Source: Polyangiaceae bacterium
Lineage (GTDB): Bacteria > Myxococcota_A > Polyangia > Polyangiales > Polyangiaceae
Reading direction: 5' to 3'
DNA: 64,000 nt
Assembly (NCBI GenBank): GCA_035688655.1
Contig: DASSMT010000317.1
Coordinates: forward strand, 647 to 64,646
In this document: in pieces, positions 11,104 to 21,038 of the stretch
How the letters are laid out: each line of letters begins with the position of its first letter
Position numbering within the stretch: the first letter of the stretch is position 1
Program-made: the position numbers and the translations under genes
Notes under the pieces: model-generated
Told to the model about the DNA's origin: nothing
Database searches by the model: none
Seen by the model: the letters and a program-made list of their open reading frames with translations, nothing else

Positions 11104-13197
11104 ATGTTTCGCCTCACCTTCCCCCAATCCTCGATTCTAGCGCTGTTAACCCTGTGCGCGGCCAGCGTGGCCTGCCATTCCAGTCGTTCCGATGCGGGTC
11201 CCGTCCATGGGACGGAAAGCGGCGGCACGACCGAAAGCGGCGGGTCCGGCGCGGGCGCAGACTCGGTAGCCAGCGGCGGCAGCAACCCTGCAGGGGGCCA
11301 CGCTGCGGCAACAGCGGGGAGCCCGGGCGGGATTGCTGGCGCCGCCCCCATCCCCAGCGTCGCAGCAACCCCCTTCATCGTGGTCGATCAGTTCGGCTAC
11401 TTGCCGGACGCGGAGAAGATCGCGGTCGTGCGTGATCCGCAGACCGGCTTCGACGCCGCGGACTCCTTCAGCCCGGGGCCAAGCTATTCGCTGGTCGACG
11501 CACGCACGGGCCAGGCCGCATTCAGCGCCCCAGTCACGAGCTGGAATGACGGCGCCACGGACAATAGCTCGGGCGACAAGGCCTGGTGGTTCGACTTCTC
11601 CCAGGTCACCGCGCCTGGCACGTACTACGTGCTCGACAGCGAGCGCGGTGTGCGTTCGGATCTATTCGAGATCTCCGAGTCCGTGTACCGCGAAGTGCTC
11701 AAGCGAGCCGTGCGCTCCTTCTTCTACCAACGCGTGGGCCAAGCCAAAGATGCGAAGTGGGCGGGCGCACAATGGGCCGACGCCGCCTCGCACGTGGGGC
11801 CCGGGCAAGATCACGAATGCCGCGCATTTTCCGCCAAGGACGACGCGAGCAGCGCGAAGGATCTGTGGGGCGGTTGGTTCGACGCGGGTGACTTCAACAA
11901 ATACACCAATTGGACCGCAAGCTACGTGGTCGCGTTGCTGCGCGCCTATGTCGAGAACAAGGCTGCGTGGGGGGACGACTACGAAATTCCCGAATCGGGC
12001 AACGGCATTCCGGATGTCTTGGACGAAGCGAAATGGGGCCTCGACTATTTGAGTCGATTGCAAAATAGCGACGGTTCGGTGCTGAGCATCGTCGGCGAGG
12101 CGAGCGCGAGCCCGCCCTCGTCAGCCAAGGATCCGAGCTACTATGGGCCGGCGAGCACCTCCGCGACCTTGAGCACGGCCGGCGCATATGCGCTGGGCGC
12201 CAGCGTGCTCGGCTCGCTGGGCAAGGCGGAGCTCGGCGCATACGTGAACGACCTACAGAGCCGCGCCCTGAAAGCATGGACGTGGGCCGATGCCAACCCG
12301 AACGTCGTATTCAAGAACAACGATTCAGCTTCTGGCAGCGCCGGGCTCGGCTCGGGCCAACAAGAAACGGACGACTACGGCCGCTCGATGATGAAGCTCG
12401 AAAGCGCCGTGTATTTGTATCAGCTGACGAAAGACGCGAAATATCGCGACTATTTCGACGCGCACTATGCGAGCGCGCATCTCATCGCGAACAACAACTT
12501 CGCCTATCCGTTCGAAGCTGCGACGCAATCCGCGCTGCTCTATTACACGTCCCTCGAAGGCGCGACCGACGCCGTGCGCAGCGCCATCTCGAAGAGCTAC
12601 GCGGCGGGCATGAACAGCGATGGCAACTTCAAGGCACACGACGGCAAGGTCGACCCATACTTTGCCTACATGAAGGACTACACCTGGGGCAGCAATGCCA
12701 CGAAGTCGAACCAGGGCTCGATGTTCTACGACATGGTGACTTTTGGCGTCGACCCCAGCAAGGATGACGACTCACGTCGCCTCGCCGCGCGCTACGTCCA
12801 CTACCTGCACGGGGTGAATCCGCTCAGCTTCGTGTACCTGTCGAACATGTTCGACTACGGAGCGGCCAGAGGCGTGACCACGTTCTTCCACACCTGGTTT
12901 GCGCATGGCAGCGCCTTGTGGGAGAAGGTCGGCGTCTCGAAGTATGGACCGCCACCGGGTTACCTGACGGGCGGCCCGAACCCGAGCTACAGCGTCGATG
13001 GCTGCTGCCCATCGGGCTGCTCCGGCCTGAGCTGCGATTCCGAGCCGCTCTCCCCACCCAAGAATCAGCCGGCTCAAAAATCCTACAAGGATTTCAACAC
13101 CAGTTGGCCGATCAACTCCTGGTCGGTCACCGAGAACAGCTGTGGCTATCAGGTCGCGTACATTCGCTTGCTGTCGAAGTTCGTGAAGGCGAACTGA
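11104..13197 (+). CDS. Glycoside hydrolase family 9 with N-terminal Ig-like domain; probable lipoprotein
   Basis: Signal/lipobox ...AASVAC; VDQFGYLP Ig domain; GGWFDAGD catalytic Asp motif; NGIPDVLDE; C-terminal VTEN. Confidence 0.85.
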   Translation: MFRLTFPQSSILALLTLCAASVACHSSRSDAGPVHGTESGGTTESGGSGAGADSVASGGSNPAGGHAAATAGSPGGIAGAAPIPSVAATPFIVVDQFGYLPDAEKIAVVRDPQTGFDAADSFSPGPSYSLVDARTGQAAFSAPVTSWNDGATDNSSGDKAWWFDFSQVTAPGTYYVLDSERGVRSDLFEISESVYREVLKRAVRSFFYQRVGQAKDAKWAGAQWADAASHVGPGQDHECRAFSAKDDASSAKDLWGGWFDAGDFNKYTNWTASYVVALLRAYVENKAAWGDDYEIPESGNGIPDVLDEAKWGLDYLSRLQNSDGSVLSIVGEASASPPSSAKDPSYYGPASTSATLSTAGAYALGASVLGSLGKAELGAYVNDLQSRALKAWTWADANPNVVFKNNDSASGSAGLGSGQQETDDYGRSMMKLESAVYLYQLTKDAKYRDYFDAHYASAHLIANNNFAYPFEAATQSALLYYTSLEGATDAVRSAISKSYAAGMNSDGNFKAHDGKVDPYFAYMKDYTWGSNATKSNQGSMFYDMVTFGVDPSKDDDSRRLAARYVHYLHGVNPLSFVYLSNMFDYGAARGVTTFFHTWFAHGSALWEKVGVSKYGPPPGYLTGGPNPSYSVDGCCPSGCSGLSCDSEPLSPPKNQPAQKSYKDFNTSWPINSWSVTENSCGYQVAYIRLLSKFVKAN

Positions 13198-13223
13198 GCC
13201 AAGGCCAACGACGTCGGCGCGCT

Positions 13224-14099
13224 TCAGCCCAGCGCTTCGACGTCGACCGCCACTTCGATGCTGTGCGCGCCGCCGCCGAGGACCACGCCTTTCAGCGGGC
13301 TCACGTCGCTGAAGTCTCGCCCCCAGCCGACGGTCACGTGCCGAGTCGAAGGCACGACTGCATTCGTGGGATCGAAATCGAACCAGCCAAAACCGGGAAT
13401 GTAGACCGATGCCCAAGCGTGCGAAGCGTCCGCCCCCACGAGCCGCGGGCGATCCACTGGCGGATCGGTCTCCAAGTAACCCGAGACATAGCGCGCCGCC
13501 AGCCCGAGCGAGCGCAGCGCTCCCACCGCGACATGTGCGAAGTCTTGGCAAACGCCGCGCTTGTCGCGCAGCACCTGCGCGAGCGGGGTGCTGAGATCGG
13601 TGGCGCGCGGATCGTACGTGAACTCCTCGAAGATCTGGCGATTGAACGCCAGCACGGCGTCCACCAGCGGGCGCTTGGGAGTAAACGAGGGCGCGGCATA
13701 GGCCGCGAGCAAGGAGTGCGCGCGAACCAGCGGCGAATCGAAGCGATACTCGCTGACTTCCACCAGACCGCGATCGGCGGCCAGGCGAGAGGCGGACTCT
13801 TCCCAAGTCACACGTGCAGCGAGCCCTTCGGGGGTGTCGCGTTCGCGCAGCCCAATGTAGGTCTTGGCGGTGACGACCAACGCTTCGTGCTCGCTCAAAA
13901 TCTCGATATAGTGCGCGCGATTGCCGAAATAGTCGTGTTCCTCGTACAGGCTTGCGGGCTCGGGCGAGACATCCAGTGAATGGCCGGAGACGCGCTGAAA
14001 CTGCAGCGGCCTCGGCGCCAAGTGCGCGATGTGGTGGGCGTGCACCACCGGGCTTTCGTACTCGTAGCGCGTCGAGTGGCTGACGCTGAACATCCTCAT
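13224..14099 (-). CDS. Transglutaminase-like protein (Bact_transglu_N + core)
   Basis: Triad motifs GVCQDFAH, SHAW, DFDPTN; ATGA overlap with upstream gene. Confidence 0.9.
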   Translation of the reverse strand: MRMFSVSHSTRYEYESPVVHAHHIAHLAPRPLQFQRVSGHSLDVSPEPASLYEEHDYFGNRAHYIEILSEHEALVVTAKTYIGLRERDTPEGLAARVTWEESASRLAADRGLVEVSEYRFDSPLVRAHSLLAAYAAPSFTPKRPLVDAVLAFNRQIFEEFTYDPRATDLSTPLAQVLRDKRGVCQDFAHVAVGALRSLGLAARYVSGYLETDPPVDRPRLVGADASHAWASVYIPGFGWFDFDPTNAVVPSTRHVTVGWGRDFSDVSPLKGVVLGGGAHSIEVAVDVEALG

Positions 14100-16654
14100 T
14101 TGGCTTCCAGATCCTCGTTGATCCACACCGGAGGCGAAACGGCGCGCGAAGGGGCCAGGTGCGAAAAGAAGGTGTGCCCGACCTCGTCCGAGAACTGCCA
14201 CAGCAAGGTCGCCGATTCCTCGAGCAATTGCCGCAAGCCAGAGCCATCGCCCGCACAGGCTTGTTCGACGTCCGCGGTGAGCAGCGTGCTCTGCAGCGAG
14301 ATCAAACGACGCTCCGCGCGACTGCGAGTCACGTCACTATGCACCTGCAGGCGCTTGAAGTGGTCCATCAGCGCTTCCACTTGAAACGCGACCGAACGCG
14401 GATTGGTCGTGTCCGTGAGCAGCAAATCCACCACCGGCGCGACTTGCAGCGTGCTCAGATAGCGCGCGCGGTAAGTGAGCAAGCTATCGGCGACCTCGAG
14501 CAGTGCCTCCATGTGGACGCGCGAGGCACCGGGTGGCAAGAGCGCCTGCAATTGCACGAGCGACAACGCGCCGCGCTCGACGCGTCGGCCCATGTCGAGG
14601 AATGCCCAGGCATGGCTTCTGACCATGTTGTCGAGCGTGGTGCCGCTGACCGCGGCCAGCGTGATGAGGATCTGATCCAGCACATCCACCGCGGTGCCCA
14701 GCTTCTCCGGGGTCGTGCGCGGCAGAGATTCGAGCGAGTTCGAAAGTCGACGCAGCACGTGCCAGGCGTCGCGCGAGAGACGACTGCGCACACCGAGCGT
14801 GAGCTCGTGCACTCGCCGCAGGATGCCGCGCAGGTTGCCGGGAGCATCGTCGAACAGTACGCCGAGCAGGATGGTCTCGGCCTGAGTGTTGCTTGCGCCG
14901 GGGCGCGCTTCGGCCGCGCTGGGCTCGAGCGCGGGCGGGGTCACGCCGTAGCGCGAGAGCGCGTCCAAGATGGCGCCCAGCGCGAGCGGCGCGTCCGGAG
15001 CTGCCTCGAGCGTCGCCCGCTCGATGCCCGCGCGTGCCAGGCGCGCCGTACAGTCACAGCGCTCGACGTAACGGCCGAGCCAGTAAATGTCGTCGAGCAA
15101 GCGACTCGGCAAGTCCAAACCGCCGCGCTTCAAATCGACGCGACGGTCCGGCATCGATGGCAACATGGGTTCGGCGCTGCCGGCCGCCGAGGGAACCCAG
15201 ACGTCCTTGCTCACCGCGTTGCTGCGGATGGCGAGAAACAAACCGTCCGGCGACTCGTTGATTCGCGCAAGTCCGCCAGGCATCACCTCGTAGTCGTCGC
15301 CATCCCGGCACAGGAACGCCCGCCAAGCCAGGCCGCCCTTGATCACGCTGCTCGAATCCCAAACCGGAACCGTCGACAGACCGCCCCAACGCTCGGCCAC
15401 GAAATCACCGGGGTGTGTCTTGACCCGATCGACCAGCTGCGAGCGGGCCTTCTCGTCCATCTGCGAAGGCACGAACGGATCGCCGCGGCGGTCGCCGAAC
15501 GCGGGCTTGATCACCATGTCGTTGAGCGAACTCAGCACGAACGAAAGTGACGAGGGATCGCCACACCAGAACGTGGGGACCGATTCGACCATCAGCTCTT
15601 CACCCAAGACTGCGCGGGCCAGACCGGGCAAGTAGGCTTTGAGCGCCGGCATTTCGGCGATCACCGAGCCAAGCGGATTGGCCAGCCCGACATTGCCCGC
15701 ACGCGCCGCGGAGACCAAGCCGGCGACGCCCTGCATCGACCCACCGCGCAAAGCCAGCGCATCACACCAGGCATCGCCCACGCGACGCAGCAGCACGTCG
15801 ACTCGTCTCAAGCCGGACAGTGTCTTCAGATAGACGACGTTGTCGCGGACCGTGAGATCTCTGCCTTCCACCAGCTCGTAGCCGAGATAACGCGCCAAAT
15901 AGGCATGCTCGAACGAGCTCTCGTCGCGAGCACCCGCGGAGAGCAAGAGCACGCGCGGGTGCCCGCCATTGACCTTCGGTGCCAGGCTCTCGACGGTGCG
16001 CCGCATCTTGGCGAAGAAGCCGGCAATGCGCTCGACACGGTAGTCGCGGAAGAGATCGGGCAGCGTGCGACCCATGACCAGCCGGTTCTCGAGCGCATAG
16101 CCCGCACCAGTCGGCGCCTGAGTGCGATCCGAATAGATCGTGAACTTGCCGTTCGGATCTCGGCCCAGGTCGACCGCGTACAAGTGCAAGCGATGCCGAC
16201 CGACTGGCTCCCAACCGTGACAGGCGCGCAAGAAATCCGGATGGCCGAGCACGAGCTCGGCCGGCAACAGCCCCTCACGAACGAGGCGTTGCGGACCATA
16301 ACAGTCGGCGATGATCTCGTTCAGCAGGCGCGCCCGCTGGCGTAGCCCGCGACACAGCGTGACCCACTCGTTGCGCTCGACCAGGTAGGGCAATACGTCC
16401 AGATGCCAAGGTCGGTTCGTCCCCTCAGGCACGCCTAGGATGTTGAACGTCACCTCTTGCTCGGTGATTCGCCAACGAACGGACTTCTGCAACTGCTCGA
16501 GCTCGGCGGGGGAACGTTCCGCCAAAAAGCGCTCGAGCAAGACTTGATGAGCGCGCAACGCGCCGCTTGCGTCGCGAAATTCGTCAAACGCAGTCACGTG
16601 CTGCTCGAGCTCGTTCGGTGCGCCGAGATACGGCCATGATTCGACAGCCACCAC
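14096..16654 (-). CDS. Circularly permuted type-2 ATP-grasp protein fused to an alpha-E domain
   Basis: YALENR, RRVDVLLRR, MPGGLAR, SKDVWV, then alpha-E motifs YWLGRYVER and MGRRVER. Confidence 0.88.
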   Translation of the reverse strand: MVAVESWPYLGAPNELEQHVTAFDEFRDASGALRAHQVLLERFLAERSPAELEQLQKSVRWRITEQEVTFNILGVPEGTNRPWHLDVLPYLVERNEWVTLCRGLRQRARLLNEIIADCYGPQRLVREGLLPAELVLGHPDFLRACHGWEPVGRHRLHLYAVDLGRDPNGKFTIYSDRTQAPTGAGYALENRLVMGRTLPDLFRDYRVERIAGFFAKMRRTVESLAPKVNGGHPRVLLLSAGARDESSFEHAYLARYLGYELVEGRDLTVRDNVVYLKTLSGLRRVDVLLRRVGDAWCDALALRGGSMQGVAGLVSAARAGNVGLANPLGSVIAEMPALKAYLPGLARAVLGEELMVESVPTFWCGDPSSLSFVLSSLNDMVIKPAFGDRRGDPFVPSQMDEKARSQLVDRVKTHPGDFVAERWGGLSTVPVWDSSSVIKGGLAWRAFLCRDGDDYEVMPGGLARINESPDGLFLAIRSNAVSKDVWVPSAAGSAEPMLPSMPDRRVDLKRGGLDLPSRLLDDIYWLGRYVERCDCTARLARAGIERATLEAAPDAPLALGAILDALSRYGVTPPALEPSAAEARPGASNTQAETILLGVLFDDAPGNLRGILRRVHELTLGVRSRLSRDAWHVLRRLSNSLESLPRTTPEKLGTAVDVLDQILITLAAVSGTTLDNMVRSHAWAFLDMGRRVERGALSLVQLQALLPPGASRVHMEALLEVADSLLTYRARYLSTLQVAPVVDLLLTDTTNPRSVAFQVEALMDHFKRLQVHSDVTRSRAERRLISLQSTLLTADVEQACAGDGSGLRQLLEESATLLWQFSDEVGHTFFSHLAPSRAVSPPVWINEDLEAK

Positions 16655-16694
16655 GCCGTGTCATACGCGAGACTCGGGCCGGATGTCACGCAAG

Positions 16695-19600
16695 TCACGG
16701 CATGCGGCGCAAATCGAGAGTGAACGGAAAGTGCGGATCGAGCTTCGGCTGTCTCACCGCGAAACGTCCGGGGACGTGCCCCATGTGGTCGAAGCGTGCG
16801 ATTCTGCGGCTTTCCGCGGCAGCTGCGTTCACCGGGCGTACCTCGTTGGCGCGCCCTCCGGGATGGACCACGTGGTACGTGCAGCCCGCGATCGCGCGCT
16901 GGTTCCAGCCGTCGTAGATGTCGATATGCAACGGGCCGTGAATCCCGATCGTCGGGTGCAGGCAGGACGGGGGCTGCCAGGCCCGATAGCGCACGCCGCA
17001 CACCCCTTCACCGGATACGCCCGTAGGCTGAAGCGGCAACGGGTAACCATTCACGGTGATCATGTGCCGGCCCTCGGTGAGACCGAGCGCGCGAACTTGC
17101 AAGCGTTCGAGTGAAGAATCCACATAGCGCGCTTGGCCGCCGCCGCTGCTCTCTTCGCCGAGCACGTTCCAAGGCTCGAGCGCGCCGCGCACCTCCATCA
17201 AGATGCCGTCCTTGGCCAAGCGCCCATAGAACGGAAAACGGAACTCGTAGTGCGGCCGGAACCATTCGTCGTCGAACTCGTAGCCGCGTTCGCGCAGGTC
17301 TCGCATCACGTCGCCGAAGTCTTGCCGAACGAAGTGCGGCAACAAGAAGCGATCGTGCAGCAGCGTGCCCCACTTGACGAGCGGCGCTCGATACGGACGC
17401 TCCCAAAACGCCGACAAGAGCGAGCGCAAGAGCAGCTGCTGGACGCTCGACATGCGGTAATGGGGTGGCATCTCGAACGCGCGCAGCTCGAGCAAGCCCA
17501 GGCGCCCGGCGGAGCCGTCCGGCGAGTACATCTTGTCGATGCAAAACTCCGAGCGGTGGGTGTTGCCGGTCACGTCCGTCAGCAAATGGCGGAAGATGCG
17601 ATCGACGAGCCAGGGTGGCGTGTAGCCGCCCACCTCCGGCAGCTCTCGGAACGCGACCTCGAGCTCGTAGATCGAGTCGTTGCGGGCCTCGTCCACGCGC
17701 GGCGCCTGCGAGGTTGGACCGATGAAACGCCCGGAAAACAAGTAGGAAAGCGAGGGATGGTTGTTCCAATACGCAACCAAGCTCGCCAGCAGATCCGGCC
17801 GCCGCAAGAACGGGCTGTCGGCGGCGGTCGCGCCGCCCAGCACCATGTGGTTGCCACCGCCCGAGCCGATGTGAGCGCCATCGAGCTCGAACTTCTCGGC
17901 GGTGAGATGTTCTTCGCGCGCGCAGCCGTACAAGCTCTCGGTCTGTGCGACGAGCTGCTGCCAATTCGAGACCGGCGGCACGTTGACTTCGATGACGCCC
18001 GGATCCGGCGTCAAGCGGAAGACGCCGATCCGCGGATCTTGCGCTGGCTCGTAGCCTTCGATTTGAATCGGGTAGTTGAGCTCTCTGGCGGTGTGCTCGA
18101 GGGCCGCCACCAGCTCGAGGTAGTACTCGAGCATCGGCAACGGCGGCATGAACACGTGCAGAATGCCGCCGCGCGGCTCCACGCACAGCGCCGTGCGCGT
18201 GAGGCCCGTGGCCGACTCGAAGGGTAGCGGCTTGAGATGCGGATCGGCGTTGGTGAACGGTTCGTTCGGGTAACCGGGACGCTGTGGGCGGCGGACCGTG
18301 GGGCGCGCAGCGGGCGCAGCGGGAGGAAAGCGGTAGGCCGTGGGCAAGGGGCCACGCTCGGCGAACGGATCGCGCTCCGGCTCGGCGTCGGAGTCCCCCG
18401 GCGCCATCCACGGGATCGAATCGAGTGGCAGGCGAAGGCCCATCGGCGAGTCGCCGGGCAGCAAGAACAAGTGCTCGTCGCGCAAGAACCAATTGCCGGA
18501 CACCCAGCCGTTGAAATAGGCGAGCGGCAGCGTATAGCCGACGACGCTGCCCAAATTCTGGCGAAATACCTTGGCAATTCGCGCCCGTTCGATCGGATCT
18601 GCCAGATTGTTCTGCAGCGGATCCACGTTCCCCGGTAGCCGCCGCTCACGCCACAGGTAGTAGAACGAGTCTTCGTAGGCGGGCATCAAGCCGTTCTGCT
18701 TGAGGCCGAGCACTTCGATCAGACGTTTGACGAAGATTTCGGCTTGCTCGATCTGATGACCGGGCGGAGAAGATTCCTTCGCGAACAGGCCCGCGTCCTC
18801 CCAAACAGCGATGCCATCTTTGCGGAAGAAGCAGCTCAGCGCCCAGCGTGGCAGCTGTTCGCCGGGGTACCACTTGCCCTGCCCGTGATGCAGCAGCGAG
18901 CCCGGCTGCCACGCCGCTTGTAGTCGACGCAAAAGCCGGTCCGCGGTGGGCAGCTTTTGACCGCCGAGCGCCGCCACGTTCCACTCCGGCGCGTCGGGTT
19001 CGAGCGCGCTCACGAACGTTGGCTCACCGCCCATGGTCAGCCGAACGTCCTGGGCATCCAGCTGGAGGTCGACTTCATCACCGAGCTTGACGATCGCCTG
19101 CCACTGCTCCTCGGTGTACGGCTTGGTCACGCGCGGCACGTCGATGACGCGAGCGACCGACATCTCGAAATCGAAATCGGTCTCGGCTTTTTCGACGCCG
19201 CCCTCGATCGGCGCGGCAGACAGCGGATCGGGGCTCACGGCCAGCGGAATGTGACCTTCGGCGGTCAGCAGACCGGAGGTCGGATCGAGGCCGATCCAGC
19301 CGGCGCCCGGCACGTAGGCTTCGCACCAAGCGTGCAAATCGGTGAAATCGGCGCTTGGCCCGGTCGGACCGACGACTGGCTTCTCGTCGGCGACGAGCTG
19401 CACCAAGTAGCCCGAAACGAAGCGCGCAGCGATGCCGAGCTCGCGCAATACGCGAACCAGCAGCCAGCTCGAATCACGACACGAACCTTTGCCGAGTTCC
19501 AGCGTCTCTTCCGGAGTCTGAACGCCGGGCTCGAGACGGATGACGTACTTGACCGCGTTGTACACGGCGCGATTGACGTCGATCAAGAAGTCGACCGTGC

Positions 19601-20018
19601 GTCGCTCGCTGCGGTCGATGCTCGCCATCAGCTGCTCGAAGTGCGGACCGGCCGGCACCTTGGCAAAGTAGGGTTGGAGCTCGTGGTCCAGAATCTTCTC
19701 GTAAGAGAAGGGCGACTTCTCGGCGCTCGGCTCCAAGAAGAAGTCGAACGGGTTGTACGATTCGAGATCCGCGACGATGTCGACGGTCACGCTGAAGTGC
19801 TTGGTCTTCTCGGGGAAGACGACACGCGCCAGGTAGTTGCCCTGCGGATCCTGCTGCCAGTTGAGGAAATGCTCCGGCGGCTGAATGTTCAGAGAATAGC
19901 TGTGAATCGGCGTGCGATTGTGCGGGGCAGGTCTCAGGCGGATGACCTGCGGCCCGAGCGACACCGCTCGCTCGTAGTCGTAGCTGGTCTTGTGATGAAG
20001 TGCGATTCGGATGGCCAC
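16695..20018 (-). CDS. Transglutaminase + DUF2126 putative amidoligase fusion
   Basis: GSCRDSSW/DLHAW/LDPT triad; LTMGGEPTF, DPGVIEVN, GGGNHMVLGG, LLELRAFEMPP. Confidence 0.88.
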   Translation of the reverse strand: MAIRIALHHKTSYDYERAVSLGPQVIRLRPAPHNRTPIHSYSLNIQPPEHFLNWQQDPQGNYLARVVFPEKTKHFSVTVDIVADLESYNPFDFFLEPSAEKSPFSYEKILDHELQPYFAKVPAGPHFEQLMASIDRSERRTVDFLIDVNRAVYNAVKYVIRLEPGVQTPEETLELGKGSCRDSSWLLVRVLRELGIAARFVSGYLVQLVADEKPVVGPTGPSADFTDLHAWCEAYVPGAGWIGLDPTSGLLTAEGHIPLAVSPDPLSAAPIEGGVEKAETDFDFEMSVARVIDVPRVTKPYTEEQWQAIVKLGDEVDLQLDAQDVRLTMGGEPTFVSALEPDAPEWNVAALGGQKLPTADRLLRRLQAAWQPGSLLHHGQGKWYPGEQLPRWALSCFFRKDGIAVWEDAGLFAKESSPPGHQIEQAEIFVKRLIEVLGLKQNGLMPAYEDSFYYLWRERRLPGNVDPLQNNLADPIERARIAKVFRQNLGSVVGYTLPLAYFNGWVSGNWFLRDEHLFLLPGDSPMGLRLPLDSIPWMAPGDSDAEPERDPFAERGPLPTAYRFPPAAPAARPTVRRPQRPGYPNEPFTNADPHLKPLPFESATGLTRTALCVEPRGGILHVFMPPLPMLEYYLELVAALEHTARELNYPIQIEGYEPAQDPRIGVFRLTPDPGVIEVNVPPVSNWQQLVAQTESLYGCAREEHLTAEKFELDGAHIGSGGGNHMVLGGATAADSPFLRRPDLLASLVAYWNNHPSLSYLFSGRFIGPTSQAPRVDEARNDSIYELEVAFRELPEVGGYTPPWLVDRIFRHLLTDVTGNTHRSEFCIDKMYSPDGSAGRLGLLELRAFEMPPHYRMSSVQQLLLRSLLSAFWERPYRAPLVKWGTLLHDRFLLPHFVRQDFGDVMRDLRERGYEFDDEWFRPHYEFRFPFYGRLAKDGILMEVRGALEPWNVLGEESSGGGQARYVDSSLERLQVRALGLTEGRHMITVNGYPLPLQPTGVSGEGVCGVRYRAWQPPSCLHPTIGIHGPLHIDIYDGWNQRAIAGCTYHVVHPGGRANEVRPVNAAAAESRRIARFDHMGHVPGRFAVRQPKLDPHFPFTLDLRRMP

Positions 20019-20024
20019 GGCTAC

Positions 20025-20966
20025 TCAAACCTCGAAAAATTGCTTGTGGATCGCTGTTCCAATGTCGTTGATCGCGCCCTGCAAACGGTCGACATACTCG
20101 TGGAGACCTCCCGCCATGACATTCTCGATGGTTTCGTAATCCAGACGCGCCCGCAGTTGTCCCAACAAGCGCTCCGCTTCACAGCGGTAAGTACCGATCG
20201 GCGAGCGCATCACGGCGTGCAGGCTCTCCTGCGCTTGGCGAATGCAATAGGCAATCGCGCGCGGAAAGTTTTGATTCAAGAGCAAGAAGCTCGTGACGTT
20301 CGCGGGCGAGGTCACGTGAAATAGCTGGCGATACATCTGCAGTGCGCTGGCCGAATTGAGCAGCGCCGTCCAGCCGAGCTGATCGACCGTCGTGCCTACG
20401 CCGGTACCGGCCGGCAAGAGCAGGAAGTATTTCACGTCCAAGATGCGCGAGGTCTTGTCCGCGCGCTCGAGCAGCCGACCGAGGCGCGCGAAATGCCAGG
20501 CTTCCCCGCGCGAGAGCGTCGCGTCCGTGACGCCCTCGAAGTAGATGCCGGCGCGCTTCACGCGACCGTAGAAATCATTCAGATCTTCCGGGTTCACGTC
20601 CGGGCGCGCGGCCTGATTGACCATCAGGTAGAACTCGTTCAGCTCCTGCCACATTTCTCGAGAGATGATGTCGCGCACGGTGCGCGCGTTCTCGCGCGCG
20701 GCGGCGACACTGGAGGCAATCGAGTTCGGGTACTCGCGATCGAAGGTGAGAAACTGCGTCACGGATTGCGGTGTGGCTTTGCCGAACCGCTTGGCGAAAA
20801 GGTCGTGATCCCCGGTGATCATCACCAGGCTGTCCCAGCCGCTCTTCTGCTCGATCGGAGAATCGAGCAAGAGGTTCATGTTCACGTCGATGAAGCGCGC
20901 GACGTTCTCCGCACGTTCGACGTAGCGACTCGACCAGTAGATGGCATCGGCGACTCGGCTCAGCAT
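20025..20966 (-). CDS. Alpha-E domain protein (DUF403)
   Basis: MLSRVADAIYWSSRYVERAEN and GRLLERAD ER motifs. Confidence 0.92.
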   Translation of the reverse strand: MLSRVADAIYWSSRYVERAENVARFIDVNMNLLLDSPIEQKSGWDSLVMITGDHDLFAKRFGKATPQSVTQFLTFDREYPNSIASSVAAARENARTVRDIISREMWQELNEFYLMVNQAARPDVNPEDLNDFYGRVKRAGIYFEGVTDATLSRGEAWHFARLGRLLERADKTSRILDVKYFLLLPAGTGVGTTVDQLGWTALLNSASALQMYRQLFHVTSPANVTSFLLLNQNFPRAIAYCIRQAQESLHAVMRSPIGTYRCEAERLLGQLRARLDYETIENVMAGGLHEYVDRLQGAINDIGTAIHKQFFEV

Positions 20967-21038
20967 CTTTTGTCTTGGTTAGTTCGAGATTCTGATTTCG
21001 GAGGTTCGATGGTGAACGGAGCTCTCGGGAACGAGAGC